Shown here: piece after piece, positions 28,439 to 41,400 of the stretch | Position numbering within the stretch: the stretch's first letter is position 1 | How the letters are laid out: every line of letters begins with the position of its first letter | DNA from: Lingula anatina | Taxonomy: Eukaryota; Animalia; Brachiopoda | Reading direction: 5' to 3' | Assembly: GCA_051362555.1 (NCBI GenBank) | Contig: CM120641.1 | Coordinates: forward strand, 18,848,001 to 18,912,000 | DNA: 64,000 nucleotides | Notes under the pieces: generated by a model | The model's input: only the letters and a program-made list of their open reading frames with translations | Database searches by the model: none | What the model was told of the DNA's origin: nothing | Made by a program: the position numbers and the translations under genes

Positions 28439-31400
28439 TCAACTTGTTGCTATTCTTTCATATGTCCTACGCTGTGCTACAGGAGCTAGATCCATGGGAG
28501 ATTTTTCTGCCTGAAAAGTGATAAATCTTGTATTAGTTGTTATTTATGAAATTGACTTACTTTCTAGCTTCCCACTTTGACTTATTTATCTTAAAACTGT
28601 AGTGTCTCACATTTGGGTAAATACTTATGCGCTGTATTAAAACTGAACTTGCAAGGAACAAGACCCTTCACAATATCACACTGACTGGTACATGTCCAAA
28701 CATTTAGAAAAATTTTATTCTTTTTGCACAAATTGACATTTGATCTTGATATTCATTTTTTACCATACAAGCAGAGATGCCAATCTCTGGAAATCTGGAG
28801 ATTCTAAAATTTTGCTCAGTGGGAGAGGGGGGAGGCAACCACTTTCTCAACCCTCCCCCCCCCCTCCCAAAAAAAAAAAAAAAACAATTACAAGACAATT
28901 ATGAAGTTTTCCAACTCTTCTGAAATTGTTTTGATTTGGGTATTTAGCTGATAGTGATGCAAATTTTCAAAGTCACTTTTATCTAGATTTGGTTACCCAT
29001 ACAGTAGACCAAGGGATTCGTTGTTTCTGGGAAACTCGCAGATTATCCAGGAGAGTTGACATGCATGTACAACTTCTCCAAGTTAATCTAAGTGAAGTAG
29101 AAATACACTATGGTAACATAGTTACAAGGCAACATGATTCACTTCTAACAGTGATGATGAAGACATGGACAGACACAAGAAACGCCAGTTTTAGTCTGTG
29201 CATGAAAAGTGAAGCTACTCATACCAACCTTGAACTAAACAGCATTGGCTTCATACCTTATTTAGAATACTTGTGCTGCCACCATGTTCTATGAGAATCT
29301 TGGCCTCTTCTACCATCTCCTCTTCACAAGCCACATGGCTGAAATAGCAATCAACAGATATCATGAACAATGCTGTATCCAGAGAGCGCAGGGCACAACT
29401 GACATATGTCCATCCATTGGTTTCAGAGGTATCCCTTCTCCCCTTTCTTCTTTCCCAAAAACAGTATAATAATGCATTAGACAATGCCAAGCTAACTTCC
29501 TTCCCTCTGAGCAAAAATGTTCATTAGCTTGGTAGTTGAATCATAAATGAAAAATATCAAACACAAGCCAAAAAACTTTCATACCGTTAGCTTACAGCCA
29601 ACCTGGACAGCACATTGACTGACACTGAGACATATCTATTAGCAAAAGGGTTAAACTTTGCCGTAGCTCCTAGACTTTTCCCTTGGAAGATATCATTGTG
29701 CATGCAGAAATCTTGACAACACCGAGGCAGCAGATCTGCATGCAGAGATCGTAGGAGCGTTAAAATCATCAAAAACCCCCGACAGATAACATCAGCAGAG
29801 AAGAACAGAGAGCACTTCTAGAGTTAAAGAAGGATGAGCCCGTTCTGATTTTGGCCGCTGATAAAGGACGGGCAACAGTGGTTCTAAACAGGACAGACTA
29901 TGAGCACAAGATTCTGCTGAATGATGATAACATGTATGAGAAACTAAAGTGTGATCCAACAAAGTGTTTACATTGATTACAGAATGAAGAGAAACTAACT
30001 AGATCTCAGTATGCTCAACTTTATTCTACTGCAGAAACACTACCTATAAGCTGGACGTATGGTCTACCTAAGATTCATAAAAAGGGCACACCCTTAAGAC
30101 CGATAGTGTCAAGTATTGGATCAGTCACTGACCAGACAGCAAAGTTCTTAGCTAAGATCCTAAACCCATTGTTGGGAAAATTGTGTTACCATGTAATGAA
30201 CTCTAAGGACATTGTGGATAAGGTGAAAGCTATCATTCTGGGACAACAGTAAGCTCTAGTATCCTATGATGTGAGTGCACTATTCACTCCTGTGCCGGTG
30301 GATGATGCTTTAAGAGTGATCAGTTCCAGACTTGCACAAGATCCCACCCTCATGGAAAGTACTAATCTCTCAGTAGTGGATATCACAGAGCTATTAGGGG
30401 TTGATCAAGAGGGTCCTGGCTGCTATACCACCTAGTGGTCAGTGAGTGTCAACATCTGCTCACATCAGTCTGGTGAAGGCCTACGTCCAGGTTGGCTGTA
30501 AGCTAAAGGTATGAAAGTTTTTCAGCTTGTGTTTGATGATTTTCATTTATGTTCCTTCCCTCTGATCTACAATAATAATAAATTTGTCCTCATCTAAATT
30601 TTATATATAACAAGACAGCACTGTTCTGACATGGGTTTATTTCCATTTTTAACACTTTTTTTAACATAAAACAAAATAAACAGTTTACTGCAATTTTTAT
30701 ATGATCAACTAAGAAAATTGATGAGATGGGGAAAATATCAATAGAATAGTGTTAAATGTCTAATTTCCTCCATTCTGAGATTCTGAACATAGTGAATGAT
30801 TAAATCTGACAAACTGCAATGATATGAGTTTATTTCCATTTTTGACACTTTATTACACAATACACGATAACAAGTTTACCATCATTTTTACATAATCAAC
30901 TAACAATGTTGTAAAGATGCAGGAAATGTCAAACAAACCCTTTTACGTATCTTATTAGTTCAATAATGAGACTGTTAACATGCCTAAGAGTTGAATCTGA
31001 GGAAATGTGAAAAAACAGCATAACTTCTAAAATAATGCCCCGATTATGCTGATTTTTGAACTCAACCTCCATTTTAGTAAGATTGACCACTACTGTGAGT
31101 TTCATGACAACAGGCCTAACGGTTTTCCTTAAAATGTGTTTACAGGGTTGCATATATGCTGAAAAAAGTGAAAAAACAGCATAACTTCCCTTAAAATGGC
31201 CCGATCATGCTGATTTTCGAACTTGACCTGCGTTTTATGAATATTCATCAGCTCTGTAAATATTAAGCCAAAAAGTGAAACTGCCTTCCACTTATCGTGT
31301 TTACAAGGAAAGTGCACGGCGCCGGCGACGGCATCGGCATCGGCATCGGCATCGGCGACGACAGACGCAGGTGATGGCAATATGTACAGACACATCTGTG

Positions 31401-33687
31401 TCTGTACATAAAAAGTGAAACTACACAAAATTGTTTCATCCTTGTGCCTGCTTAGCAAAATCCTTAAACAAACCCACCAGTGATTTTAAATTACCATTAA
31501 AATGTTCAGCTGTATTAATGGTTCCAAACCTGCACTAAATTTGACATCAACAACTGTGGGATATTTCATTCCAATAAGTATTACAAGTAAGAGAAGGCCA
31601 ATATATATACCTCTTGCTTCAATTATACATATATGACTAGCCTTTTCTCTTGAGCGAACTGTAGCTTTACCAATTGAAATGGCTACTATTTCCAACTGAA
31701 ATTGAATGGATGTACATGCAACTCACACAGGCGTATTGCCCTCCTGATCCTGAAAATTTGGGTTTGCATTGTATTGTAGCAGCAGTCTGACAATCTTTGT
31801 GTTTCCTTTACAGGCAGCCCTGTGTAATGGAGTGTTGTTTGCCCAGTCTCCTACATTAGGGTCAGCTCCATTAACCAGTAGAGTTTCTGTAATCTGAAAA
31901 ATGTTACTTCTTTAAAATTTTGTTTTGACCACAATCTGTGTGTGATTCTTTTTCAAAATATGACTTATATTGCTATGATAACACATGTATAAATCACCTG
32001 ATATCTGTTCTTAGAGGCTGCATAATGAAGGGGACACTGTCCAGTACTATTGATGGCATTGACCTGTGCTCCTTGACCAATCAACATGTTCACTATTGGC
32101 TCAGCTCCTGTTGAGGTGGCTATCATCAAAGGTGTCCAGTTAGACTGGAAGTAAATGTTAATGTACATTGCTGCCATAAGAAAGATTTGAAATGAAGTCA
32201 TTAAGTAATACACATGGTACTGGCACTTTCTCTGTAAGTTAAATTTATAGACATTTGTCATTAAAAAGACAGTAAATAAATTCTAAGTTCTCTCTCTCTC
32301 TCTCTTTTCCAATCACTAATTAATGACAATGGGATCTGAAAACAGATGTTACAAAAAACATGAGTTATGTGTCCAAGAGTGACTGTGTATACTTTACATC
32401 ATCCCTTGGGTCTACAGGCACTCCCATCCTGAGCAGATATTCCACTTCTTCTGAATGTCCACCTGATGCTGCCCAGTGCAGGGGTACGCGACCACCCTAA
32501 AAACAATGTTGAACATTTGAGAAATTTAAAAAAAAAGGGTACCAATTACATCTGAAAATGTACTTTGATCTCAACGACTTCAGATCTAGTTGTTTTCTCC
32601 AACTGGAATAAAAATTACGTGACTCACAAGTATCAGATTTATATTCCCATTTTTAATCAGAATTAAGGCTCACTAATTTAAATGCACACTAAAATTGCGG
32701 CATTCAATAGTTCAGCCCCTGGGCTATATTTTACAGGCACATAAGGGACAAATAATGCCTACAGTTATTTAGTTACTTCATGAACATATTGTTTTGAGTG
32801 CAGTCTGACAATCTTTGTGTTTCCTTTACAGGCAGCCCTTTGAGTGCACTGTGTGTGAAAGAGAAAAATGTCAGGATTTACCTACTGTACATATAGTACT
32901 CAACATAATTTTACCTTGGGAATCAGTCCATCTTGCATAAGTTTTAGAGCATTCTATGTTTTCATATAACATGCATTTGCCCATCAAAATCCCTTCACTT
33001 TGCCTGTAATAGGCATACTCAGTTACATGTATGTCAGGGCCGTAGCAATAGTCCGAAGGTTCATTGGTCCGAATTTTCACTACAGAACCTTCGGACCAAT
33101 GAACCCTTGATTAAAAAACCGATGAAAATGTTACCGTTTTTCGGACCAATGAACCTTCGGACCAATGAACCTTCGGACTATCGAGACGCCCCCGTTATGT
33201 CACTATGTGGCTGCATACTTAGTTATGTCACTATGTGGCTGCATACTCAGTTATGTCACTATGTGTACATTTTCAAGTCTCAAGCATTTTTATTTGTTAG
33301 TAAAAATTCATGTGTGGACCCTAGTCTCACAGCAGACCTTTTCTGTGTTTCAAAATCATCTTTATGTCTACCATCTATTCATTGTGCACTACTGTAGCTT
33401 AAATAATTTCTTGAGAGGCGAGCGTGGAAGTGTCGATTGTGTTGTAAACAAATCCACGTGCATCGCCTGCTCTTTGAAAGACAAGTTGCAAGTCACACCG
33501 TCATCCGTGCTCTATCCTATCTTTTTACGTACGGCATGCATATGTAAAGACTTTGTACTTTTTCCAAACATGTTTTGATACTTACCCTATCCGTCTTGGT
33601 AGCTAAATCTTTGTTTTCTGCTAACTTTCTCTTGAAAATTTCATATCGTCCCTCGTACGCGAGCTGGCTTATTTCTTCGTCCGACAT
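28439..33687 (-). CDS. PSMD10: 26S proteasome non-ATPase regulatory subunit 10 (gankyrin)
   Basis: Exons 33687-33586, 32496-32398, 32144-31998, 31893-31727, 29338-29257 and 28510-28439 encode ankyrin repeats: ISQLAYEG, RVPLHWAASGGH, WTPLMIATSTG, QCPLHYAASKNR, TPLHRAACKGN, EGNTPVHVACEEEMVEEAKILIEHG, KSPMDLA...*. Confidence 0.94.
29542..30551 (+). mobile_element. Decayed Penelope-like retroelement (RT fragment with inverted pLTR) in PSMD10 intron 4
   Basis: Frameshifted peptides LAKGLNFAVAP, LILAADKGRATVVLNRTDY, YEKLKCDPT, YGLPKIHKKGTPLRPIVSSIGS and LVSYDVSALFT are characteristic of PLE reverse transcriptases. 29542-29608 is the reverse complement of 30485-30551. Confidence 0.88.
30609..31414 (+). 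mobile_element. HINE family A, short copy 2 (module Y + two monomers + terminal hairpin)
   Basis: Starts AACAAGACAGCACTG. Ends with (GGCATC)n and the same 30-bp hairpin at 31381-31410. Confidence 0.85.
32793..32848. repeat. 40-bp copy of PSMD10 exon 4 sequence inside intron 1, flanked by a 10-bp direct repeat
   Basis: 32800-32839 is identical to 31782-31821. TTTGAGTGCA occurs at 32793-32802 and 32839-32848. Confidence 0.9.
33037..33193. mobile_element. Small foldback MITE with 15-bp subterminal repeats
   Basis: Left ATAGTCCGAAGGTTCATTGGTCCGAA is inverted relative to right TTCGGACCAATGAACCTTCGGACCAATGAACCTTCGGACTAT, with GGG...CCC ends. A 28-bp unit repeated about 2.5 times follows (33194-33265). 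Confidence 0.75.
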
Positions 33688-34646
33688 TTTGAATCTCATG
33701 TAGCGCAATTTCGTTGAGTGGTGCAACTATCGCATCCATGCATTTGGTAGCTTTTGTCCCCGTCAACGAATTAACGCGACATAAGTGTGTTAACGTGAGA
33801 TAGAAATGTCGAACAGAGAAGGCTTATACAGTAATTTGGGTGTTTAATTTATATGTTTCCCACCCTGGATTACCCACCATTGTTTTTTTTTTGGTGAATG
33901 AGGAAAAAATCCTTCCTCGACCAGTTCCCGCACTTGGATCCTTCGTTTTATATTACCATTTCCTACCAAATATTTTAGCTCTAAATCACTGGCCATTCAT
34001 TTACACAGCCATGTCTTCCTGTACATTCAAGAAAGAAAAGTCAATATCAGATACTTAAATTTGGAAGGCTCAATTAAATAGTGGTATCACAAATGATCTC
34101 AAGACAATCTTGTTTATTTGTCATCTTCATACCAAACACATATATTACAGAACGATCTACTAAATTTGTGTATGGAAAAAAATGATAATGAAAATCATAG
34201 CTAAAGAAGAAAACAGCACCTGTGAAATCTGCAATGTTTCACTTTTAATTCAAAATTCTGAAATCTTTTTTTAAATTGGCATTAAGGTCATTGTTTAATA
34301 TTTGCATAACAGATGTTTAACTTTACTGAGTGTATATTTATGTCAATGAACACTTCAAAGAGCACTAAAGTTCAAGGTATGTAATATTCATATATGACAT
34401 GACACCAATTGAAAGCACAGCCAAGGTCACACAAAATACATTAAGTATATAAATAGATGACAAAAGAATAAAATATATTTCTTCGAAAGAACTATTGCAT
34501 ATTGTAATTGTTGACACCATCTAAAAATATCAAATTTATTACAAGCTGTGAGTGCAAAATATTTAACAAGTGCATGACCTCCTTCATAGCACGTACTCTG
34601 CACCACTAATCAAAACCTGCTACATTATATCCACATATCATATTCA

Positions 34647-37286
34647 AACTAGAGGATCAGAGAGGCGATACCGCCTCCGAATATTGTACCACCAGCTGGA
34701 GCAAGCGCATTCGTATAGACCCCCACATACACAAAATAAGGGACATAGCCACCAGTTTTGTGCTTGACAAGCTGTAAAAATGCAATCAACAAGAATTTTT
34801 AAACTATTGCAAAAAATATATATGGTACAATCACATTTAAGTTCTTCGTAAGGTAGGTCAAGGGTCAATTTCAAGGTCACAGTAAATTGCCAGTATATGA
34901 CTTCCTATTCAAGTTCAAGAGTAACTATGGACCTATCTCTGTCAAGTTTGAAGTTAAAAGAGAAAGAAATTAGCAGAGTTCAGTTCATGATAAAAAGTAG
35001 GTCAAAGGTCAATTTCAAGGTCACATTTAGATTGCCAGTATATGACTTTCTATTCAAGTTCAATAGTAACTATGGACCTATCTCTGCCAGTTTTGGAGAT
35101 AAAAGGGAAGCAAAATTTGCAAAGTTCAGTTTATGGTGAAAAGTAGGACAAAGGTCAATTTTAATGTCACATTTATAATGCCAGTATATGACTTCCTATT
35201 CAAGTTCAATAGTAACTACGGACCTATCTCAGCCAGTTTTGGAGATAAAAGGAAAGCAAAATTTGCAAAATTCAGTTTATGGTGTAAAGTAGGTCAAAGG
35301 TCAATTTTAAGGTCACATTTAGATTGCCAGTATATGACTTCCTTTTCAAGTTCAATAGTAACTATGGACCTATCTCTGCCAGTTTTGGAGATAAAAGGAA
35401 AGCAAAATTTGCAAAGTTCAGTTCATGGTGAAAAGTAGGTCAAAGGTCAATTTCAAGGTCACATTTAGATTGCCAGTATATGACTTCCTATTCAAGTTCA
35501 ATAGTAACTATGGACCTATCTCAGCCAGTTTTGGAGATAAAAGGGAAGCAAAATTTGCAAAATTCAGTTCATGGTGAAAAGTAGGTCAAAGGTCAATTTC
35601 AAGGTCACATTTAGATTGCCAGTATATGACTTCCTATTCAAGTTCAATAGTAACTATGGACCTATCTCTGCCAGTTTTGGAGATAAAAGGGAAGCAAAAT
35701 TTGCAAAGTTCAGTTGGGTGAAAAGTAGGTCAAAGGTCAATTTTGAGGTCACATTTAGATTGCCAGTATATGACTTCCTATTCAAGTTCAATAGTAACTA
35801 CGGACCTATCTCAGCCAGTTTTGGAGATAAAAGGAAAGCAAAATTTGCAAAATTCAGTTTATGGTGAAAAGTAGGTCAAAGGTCAATTTTAAGGTCACAT
35901 TTAGATTGCCAGTATATGACTTCCTATTCAAGTTCAATAGTAACTACGGACCTATCTCAGCCAGTTTTGGAGATAAAAGGAAAGCAAAATTTGCAAAATT
36001 CAGTTCATGGTGTAAAGTAGGTCAAAGGTCAATTTAAAGGTCACATTTAGATTGCCAGTATATGACTTCCTATTCAAGTTCAATAGTAACTATGGACCTA
36101 TCTCTGCCAGTTTTGGAGATAAAAGGGAAGAAAAATTTGCAAAGTTCAGTTCATGGTGAAAAGTAGGTCAAAGGTCAATTTCAAGGTCATAGTAAGATTG
36201 CCAGTATATGACTTCCTATTCAACTTCAATAGTAACTATGGACCTATCTCTGCCAGTTTTGGAGATATAAGGGACTAGATGTTATAATTTTGGAGTTACC
36301 ATAATGTGCCTTAAATTTCGTACAGAAAAAATTAATTAAAATAAAGAAAATGTCATTTTGGTCAAAATTCTTGAAATAGGAGGTGCTCTGAAGTTTCAGA
36401 AGTTCAAATTTGATGAAATAATGTCATTTTTGAACACAAGTTGTCTGCTTTGCCAAGCCTTATGTTTTATTTTTCCAGAGTTCAAAATTTATTATCCATT
36501 ACCGTACTGCACATTTTGCTTTTACCACCAATATGTACTTTTTGATACAGCGTAACTCGAAAACCGTATGGAATACAAAAAAACCGAGACCACCATCAGT
36601 GTTGGGCTTTACATGCTCTACAAATTGCAAAAAAGAATGGGTCTCTAGCATTAACGGTTCCCGAATTAGAGACAGTTTTCAGTTTCGGTATCTTATGGCC
36701 GCTACTCCCGTGAAAATGCACCGATTGACCCCAAATTCATGGAGATGAAAGATGACCTGAAGGGTAACACCTTCCAATAATATTATTGGTTAAGTCTGTG
36801 TGGTGTCTGAATAACAGGGCAAAAAAAATTTTTTTCGTAAAAAATTTAATTTTTTTGAAAATTTTGGCCCATTTGACCTTGAAGTAAAGGTCAAAGGTCA
36901 AATCCAAGGGTATATTTGAAATCTACACATATGACTTTTGGAAAGCCGTCTATAGAAATTTTTCCCATAACTCCTTCCGTAGGGTAGATAATTAGCATTT
37001 AATTTTGCCATTTTTAGACAAGGGTGCATTGCAATGAGTGCCACACCCAGACCCCAATACCAACAAAGCCCAAATTTTACGTGGAACGAGTTGAGATTAT
37101 AGGTGACCTAAATCCATGAGATGGGTACGGGGGCCCTTACCGTCTAGGAGGAGAAGCGGTAACGGTAGCCGTCCGGCGGAGCCAACGGAGCCGGCGGAGC
37201 CGGCGGAGCCGGCGGAGCCGGCGGAACGATCCGGACGGGACCGAAACCATGTGTACCGCCAGCGCTAACGCTGGTGGTACAATAAA
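34647..37286 (+). mobile_element. HINE family B, apparently complete, carrying a 146-bp satellite array
   Basis: 5' AACTAGAGG. SubTIR ATTGTACCACCAGC (34683-34696) is perfectly complementary to GCTGGTGGTACAAT (37270-37283). Also an internal array, a (GGAGCCGGC)n microsatellite and the terminal hairpin TGTACCGCCAGCG-CTAA-CGCTGGTGGTACA. Confidence 0.88.
34850..36270 (+). repeat. Tandem array of about 10 x 146-bp monomers
   Basis: ATTGCCAGTA recurs at 34886, 35031, 35177 (variant), 35323, 35469, 35615, 35759, 35905, 36051 and 36197. Each monomer has AGGTCAAAGGTCAATTTCAAGGTCA boxes. Confidence 0.97.
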
Positions 37287-37961
37287 TCAAAGCATAATTC
37301 CAAATATAAAGCAAGAATGACAAGCAAAGGTTTTATCATTCTCATTTTTTCTCCAAAATCATTATTTTAAATCGTTCAAAAGAATATGGGTTTCCTCTTC
37401 AGATTTGCATATTAAAATAAATGCAGATGACAAAATAACTGCTTTATCCCCAGCTGCATATGAAACATGACAGCAGATTCTTTTCTTTGGATATACACAT
37501 GCTAAAACTGGGGCAGATCCCACAAAACCAAAATGTTGGCTAAAGCTTTCCAATCTACAGACCATCAATCTTGAAAATCTATTCCGTGTAAAGTTAGGGT
37601 ACTAAGTTTGAGTGTGTTGGTGGTTCATCTGAAGTGTGTATACTTTGTAGTCCCCATTGAGATTAGTCTATGGGGACAATAATTCTTCACTGGCAAACTT
37701 GTGACTTTCAGGCTGTTGTTACCAAAAAAGTGATACTGAATCCACATAATTTCCAGATAGTAATGCAGACAGGTGCATGCACTGGCATTATGTACAATCA
37801 CCACTCTACTGTAAAAAATGGATGGATGAAATATGCAGTTTTAATCAGTTTCTCTTGGGCTTCCTTTTAACTCTTGGAATGAACCGTTTTATCTTGACTT
37901 TAATAAACAACTCATGTCAAAGTAGAAAGAGATATACAAAAGCTGCCCTTCTCTGTCAAAG

Positions 37962-38377
37962 TCATGCAGAGAAAAAGAAGTTAAGTGCTCTATTGACATC
38001 ATAATCTGCAGCCAGTGCAACTCTCACAAGTTCTTCTCTGGGCACCCCGTCCCCAACAATGTCTCTTAGAGACTCCAGGCATGCATCAAGTCTCCCACTG
38101 TCCTCCACATAGTTCATCTCTTCTGAGGAGCTGGAATTGGTCTTATCATCCTGGAAAGCATTGTAGATAATATTTGAAATAGTTGTTTAAATAGTACTGG
38201 ATGTATCATGTTTTAAAACTTATCTAATAACTAAAATCAGTTGTAACAAAATTTATATTGAATATTAATAATATTTATAATAATAGAACCAGCAATTAAA
38301 AGAACAAAGATTTTTTAACTGTTTTCTACAAAGTAATGTTGCAAAGTTTATTTGAAATGTTTCAGTCTATCAACTTT

Positions 38378-38421
<44 letters not shown>

Positions 38422-41400
38422 CTAAATACTTACCTCTGAATCAATATCTAGTTGTGCCATAAATCTCTCCGTATGGGATAACCCTGACACAGATGAGGGT
38501 GGTGTCTCTGTATGGGAATGACCACTTAAACTGCGGCTTCTGGAATCCAGCCTGCATACAAGTAAAGAAAGTGCAGTGGTATGCCTTACAATTCACATTA
38601 AATTCCTATCAAAACCATAATAAAGCTTTGGATAATAAAGTAAAATTGAGCAAAATTTAAATGACTGATGATGATCAATCTTCAAGTTTAAACAAGTCCA
38701 TTGGTTATGTATCTTTTATGTATCTTTTTTGTATACCCTGATTTTATCTATTGGTTACAGAAAAATGGCATGATGACGAGCTTTCAATTTACCAGTTGCC
38801 TGACAACATTCTACTGTATTGAAAGAAAATAGATGTCTCCACTACTGATTATAATATCAATATGCCTCACCCATGCCACAAAACTGCATCAGCCACCTCT
38901 GACTGTAGGTGTTCTGGCAACTCTTCAAATACCTCACTCTCCATCACTTTGGGATGCTCTGTGATAAAATTTAATGCTGATGACTGCAAGAAAAAATACA
39001 TCTTAATAACATACATTACATTTTAAGTACACATTAGTAAAGATAAGAACTGCATTTATTCTCTCTGTTATGCATCTTACCATCTCTTGGGTCAAAGTAG
39101 ACCAAAACATTTTGATTCATCCAGTTCTAGTTTCATACAATTAAGGAAAGAAAACTAAATCACGTACTGGACATGCACACACACATAGATGGTACAAATT
39201 CTAATGTTTTGTCTATATCCGATAGACTTCATCAAATTCTCTGTCACTGGAACTCATTCCATCCGTATGTGAGGGTATAGTATGTGATTTGATTTTCTTT
39301 CCTTAATTGCTTGGGCTTTCAGTTAAGGCAAATTTTTGGGCTACAGTTCTTCTGTGAAACAGGCCTCTTACTTCTATTTTTGATATTTTGAACTTCAAAC
39401 ATGACACAGATTACAAAACACATGCAATGGAATACTGTTATACATTTACATTGCAAGGTTTTATGAAACACATACCCTGAGTGCTGTTGCATTGTATTGC
39501 TCTGCCAAGCTGAGAAGAAACAGTGAGGAATCTTCATCTAAATGGTGCTTTAGTGTATTCTCACAAAGGGACTTTAAACTGTCTACCTGAAATACAAAAA
39601 GCACAACATATCATGGTGATTTTCTAGATGCAGGACATCACTGTGATTAAACACCTTGCAGGTTTTCTGTACAGGACAGCACACATTTTTCCTGTAATAA
39701 GATTTGACTGAATACATGATGCTGAACTCTTTAATTTAGGCTATTCTTATTTTCACCAGAATTCAGGGAATAAACCTGACAGCAGAAGCCTCACGTAACT
39801 TTCTCTTACCTCATATCTATCCCCAATAGCCATCATATCTGCCAGCTGTTCCGTAGACATCTCATTGGTTTCTAATTGCCCACTATATAAATATTCTAGG
39901 AAAAGTCTAAACAGACTTGGATTGGTGTCATGCACTGTAATTTTCCTATAAAAAGGAATAATCATAGTTGATGCATTTTAGCCTTTCAATTCTAAAATTT
40001 CATAACAAAGATTTTCACCAAAGTTAGCTGATTAAAAAAATTGTAGTCCTTAATTATCTTGGCAATTTTTCATTGAATATGAAGTAACACTTAATTCATG
40101 TTCATTTGTTACTCCTTGTTAGTCCTTAAGATGAAATATCTGGGGATTTACAAGAAAACCAAAATAAATATCAGATAAGTGCTTGTGCCTTGGTGGTTCC
40201 CTGTAATATATTCATAGAACCAACCCCATTCCATTCTTACTTGTCTATAGACTCTCTCATGCCACTAAGTAAGGCTCTCCTGAACCAGTCACATCTAGCT
40301 GCAATAATTACACAGTGTGCCTGAATTTCATGGATGTCCACTTCCTTGGAGTGGTCAGTTCTTGACACTGGTTCTCCATGGGTATGGTCCACCACTACAT
40401 CCCCAGATTCTGGTTTTAAATTTAGTGGTATATTAGTATTAAATGTATGTGGACCCTAGTATTCCATTGACATTTTTGACATAATATCTTGCAGATGGAA
40501 AAATTTACAGAACAGTTTATGCTTTTGAGATTCCTTTTACAGGTCACCATATAAATCAGTTCTCCTCAGTGAAGTGAATGTATTTTGTGACTAACAAATA
40601 AGAACAAATCAAGTTACAGTAAGTGTTGGACTGTGCCATAATCACCTTGAACAACTATAATTTCAAATATCATGTCAGTGCCCCTTCCTTCACGTAATAA
40701 TTTGACTGCACCTCCTGCCAAGCTGCTGTCCCTGGCAAGTGGAGACTGACACAGAGATTCCACAGAACTAAGCTGAAATGGAACCAGAAGAATACAGTTC
40801 AGTATTACTTTTCATACTCTGTGAATTTAATGTTATGTTTATCTTAGGCTATTATTTATAATTAATAACGCTCTTCCATACAATACTAAATCTTGCCTTT
40901 AAGTTACATAGAAAAAAATCAAAATGCTCTACCTGGACTACCAAATTACTCAAAACCTTACCTGAGCATATTTGGCAGGGCTTGTCTTCGGGTTCACCTT
41001 CTTTGGCATTGCACTTGTTGCCCCATTGGCTGTAGAAGTAGTAGTAGTAGTGGTGGTGGTGGCGGTGGTGGCAGGGGGGTCAGACAGCCCCAGGGCTACC
41101 AAGGATGAGTTAAACTGTTCCCGATGCACCATATCACAGATTTGAGATATCATTGCCTTTAATGATGGCTTATGACCCACTACCTTCCCTAAACCCCACG
41201 CCTGAAACCATGAAGATGCCTTTGAAGAAAGATGTTATTACTGCTCAGGCAATAAAATAAAGTCACAGGTGCACCATGTACATCACAACAATATCTTCTT
41301 TACATGTACACGGAATTCTATGATAATGGTGAATCATCATGCAATATCCAACATGTGCACATATTAGTTCTGTCAACAGTTACATGCTGTCTAATAACAA

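Noticed and set aside
34850-36270. Regular array that might suggest a CRISPR or a repetitive protein (ORFs 34897-35867)
   Set aside because: The monomers are contiguous with no unique spacers, the 146-bp period breaks the reading frame, the context is eukaryotic and there are no cas genes.
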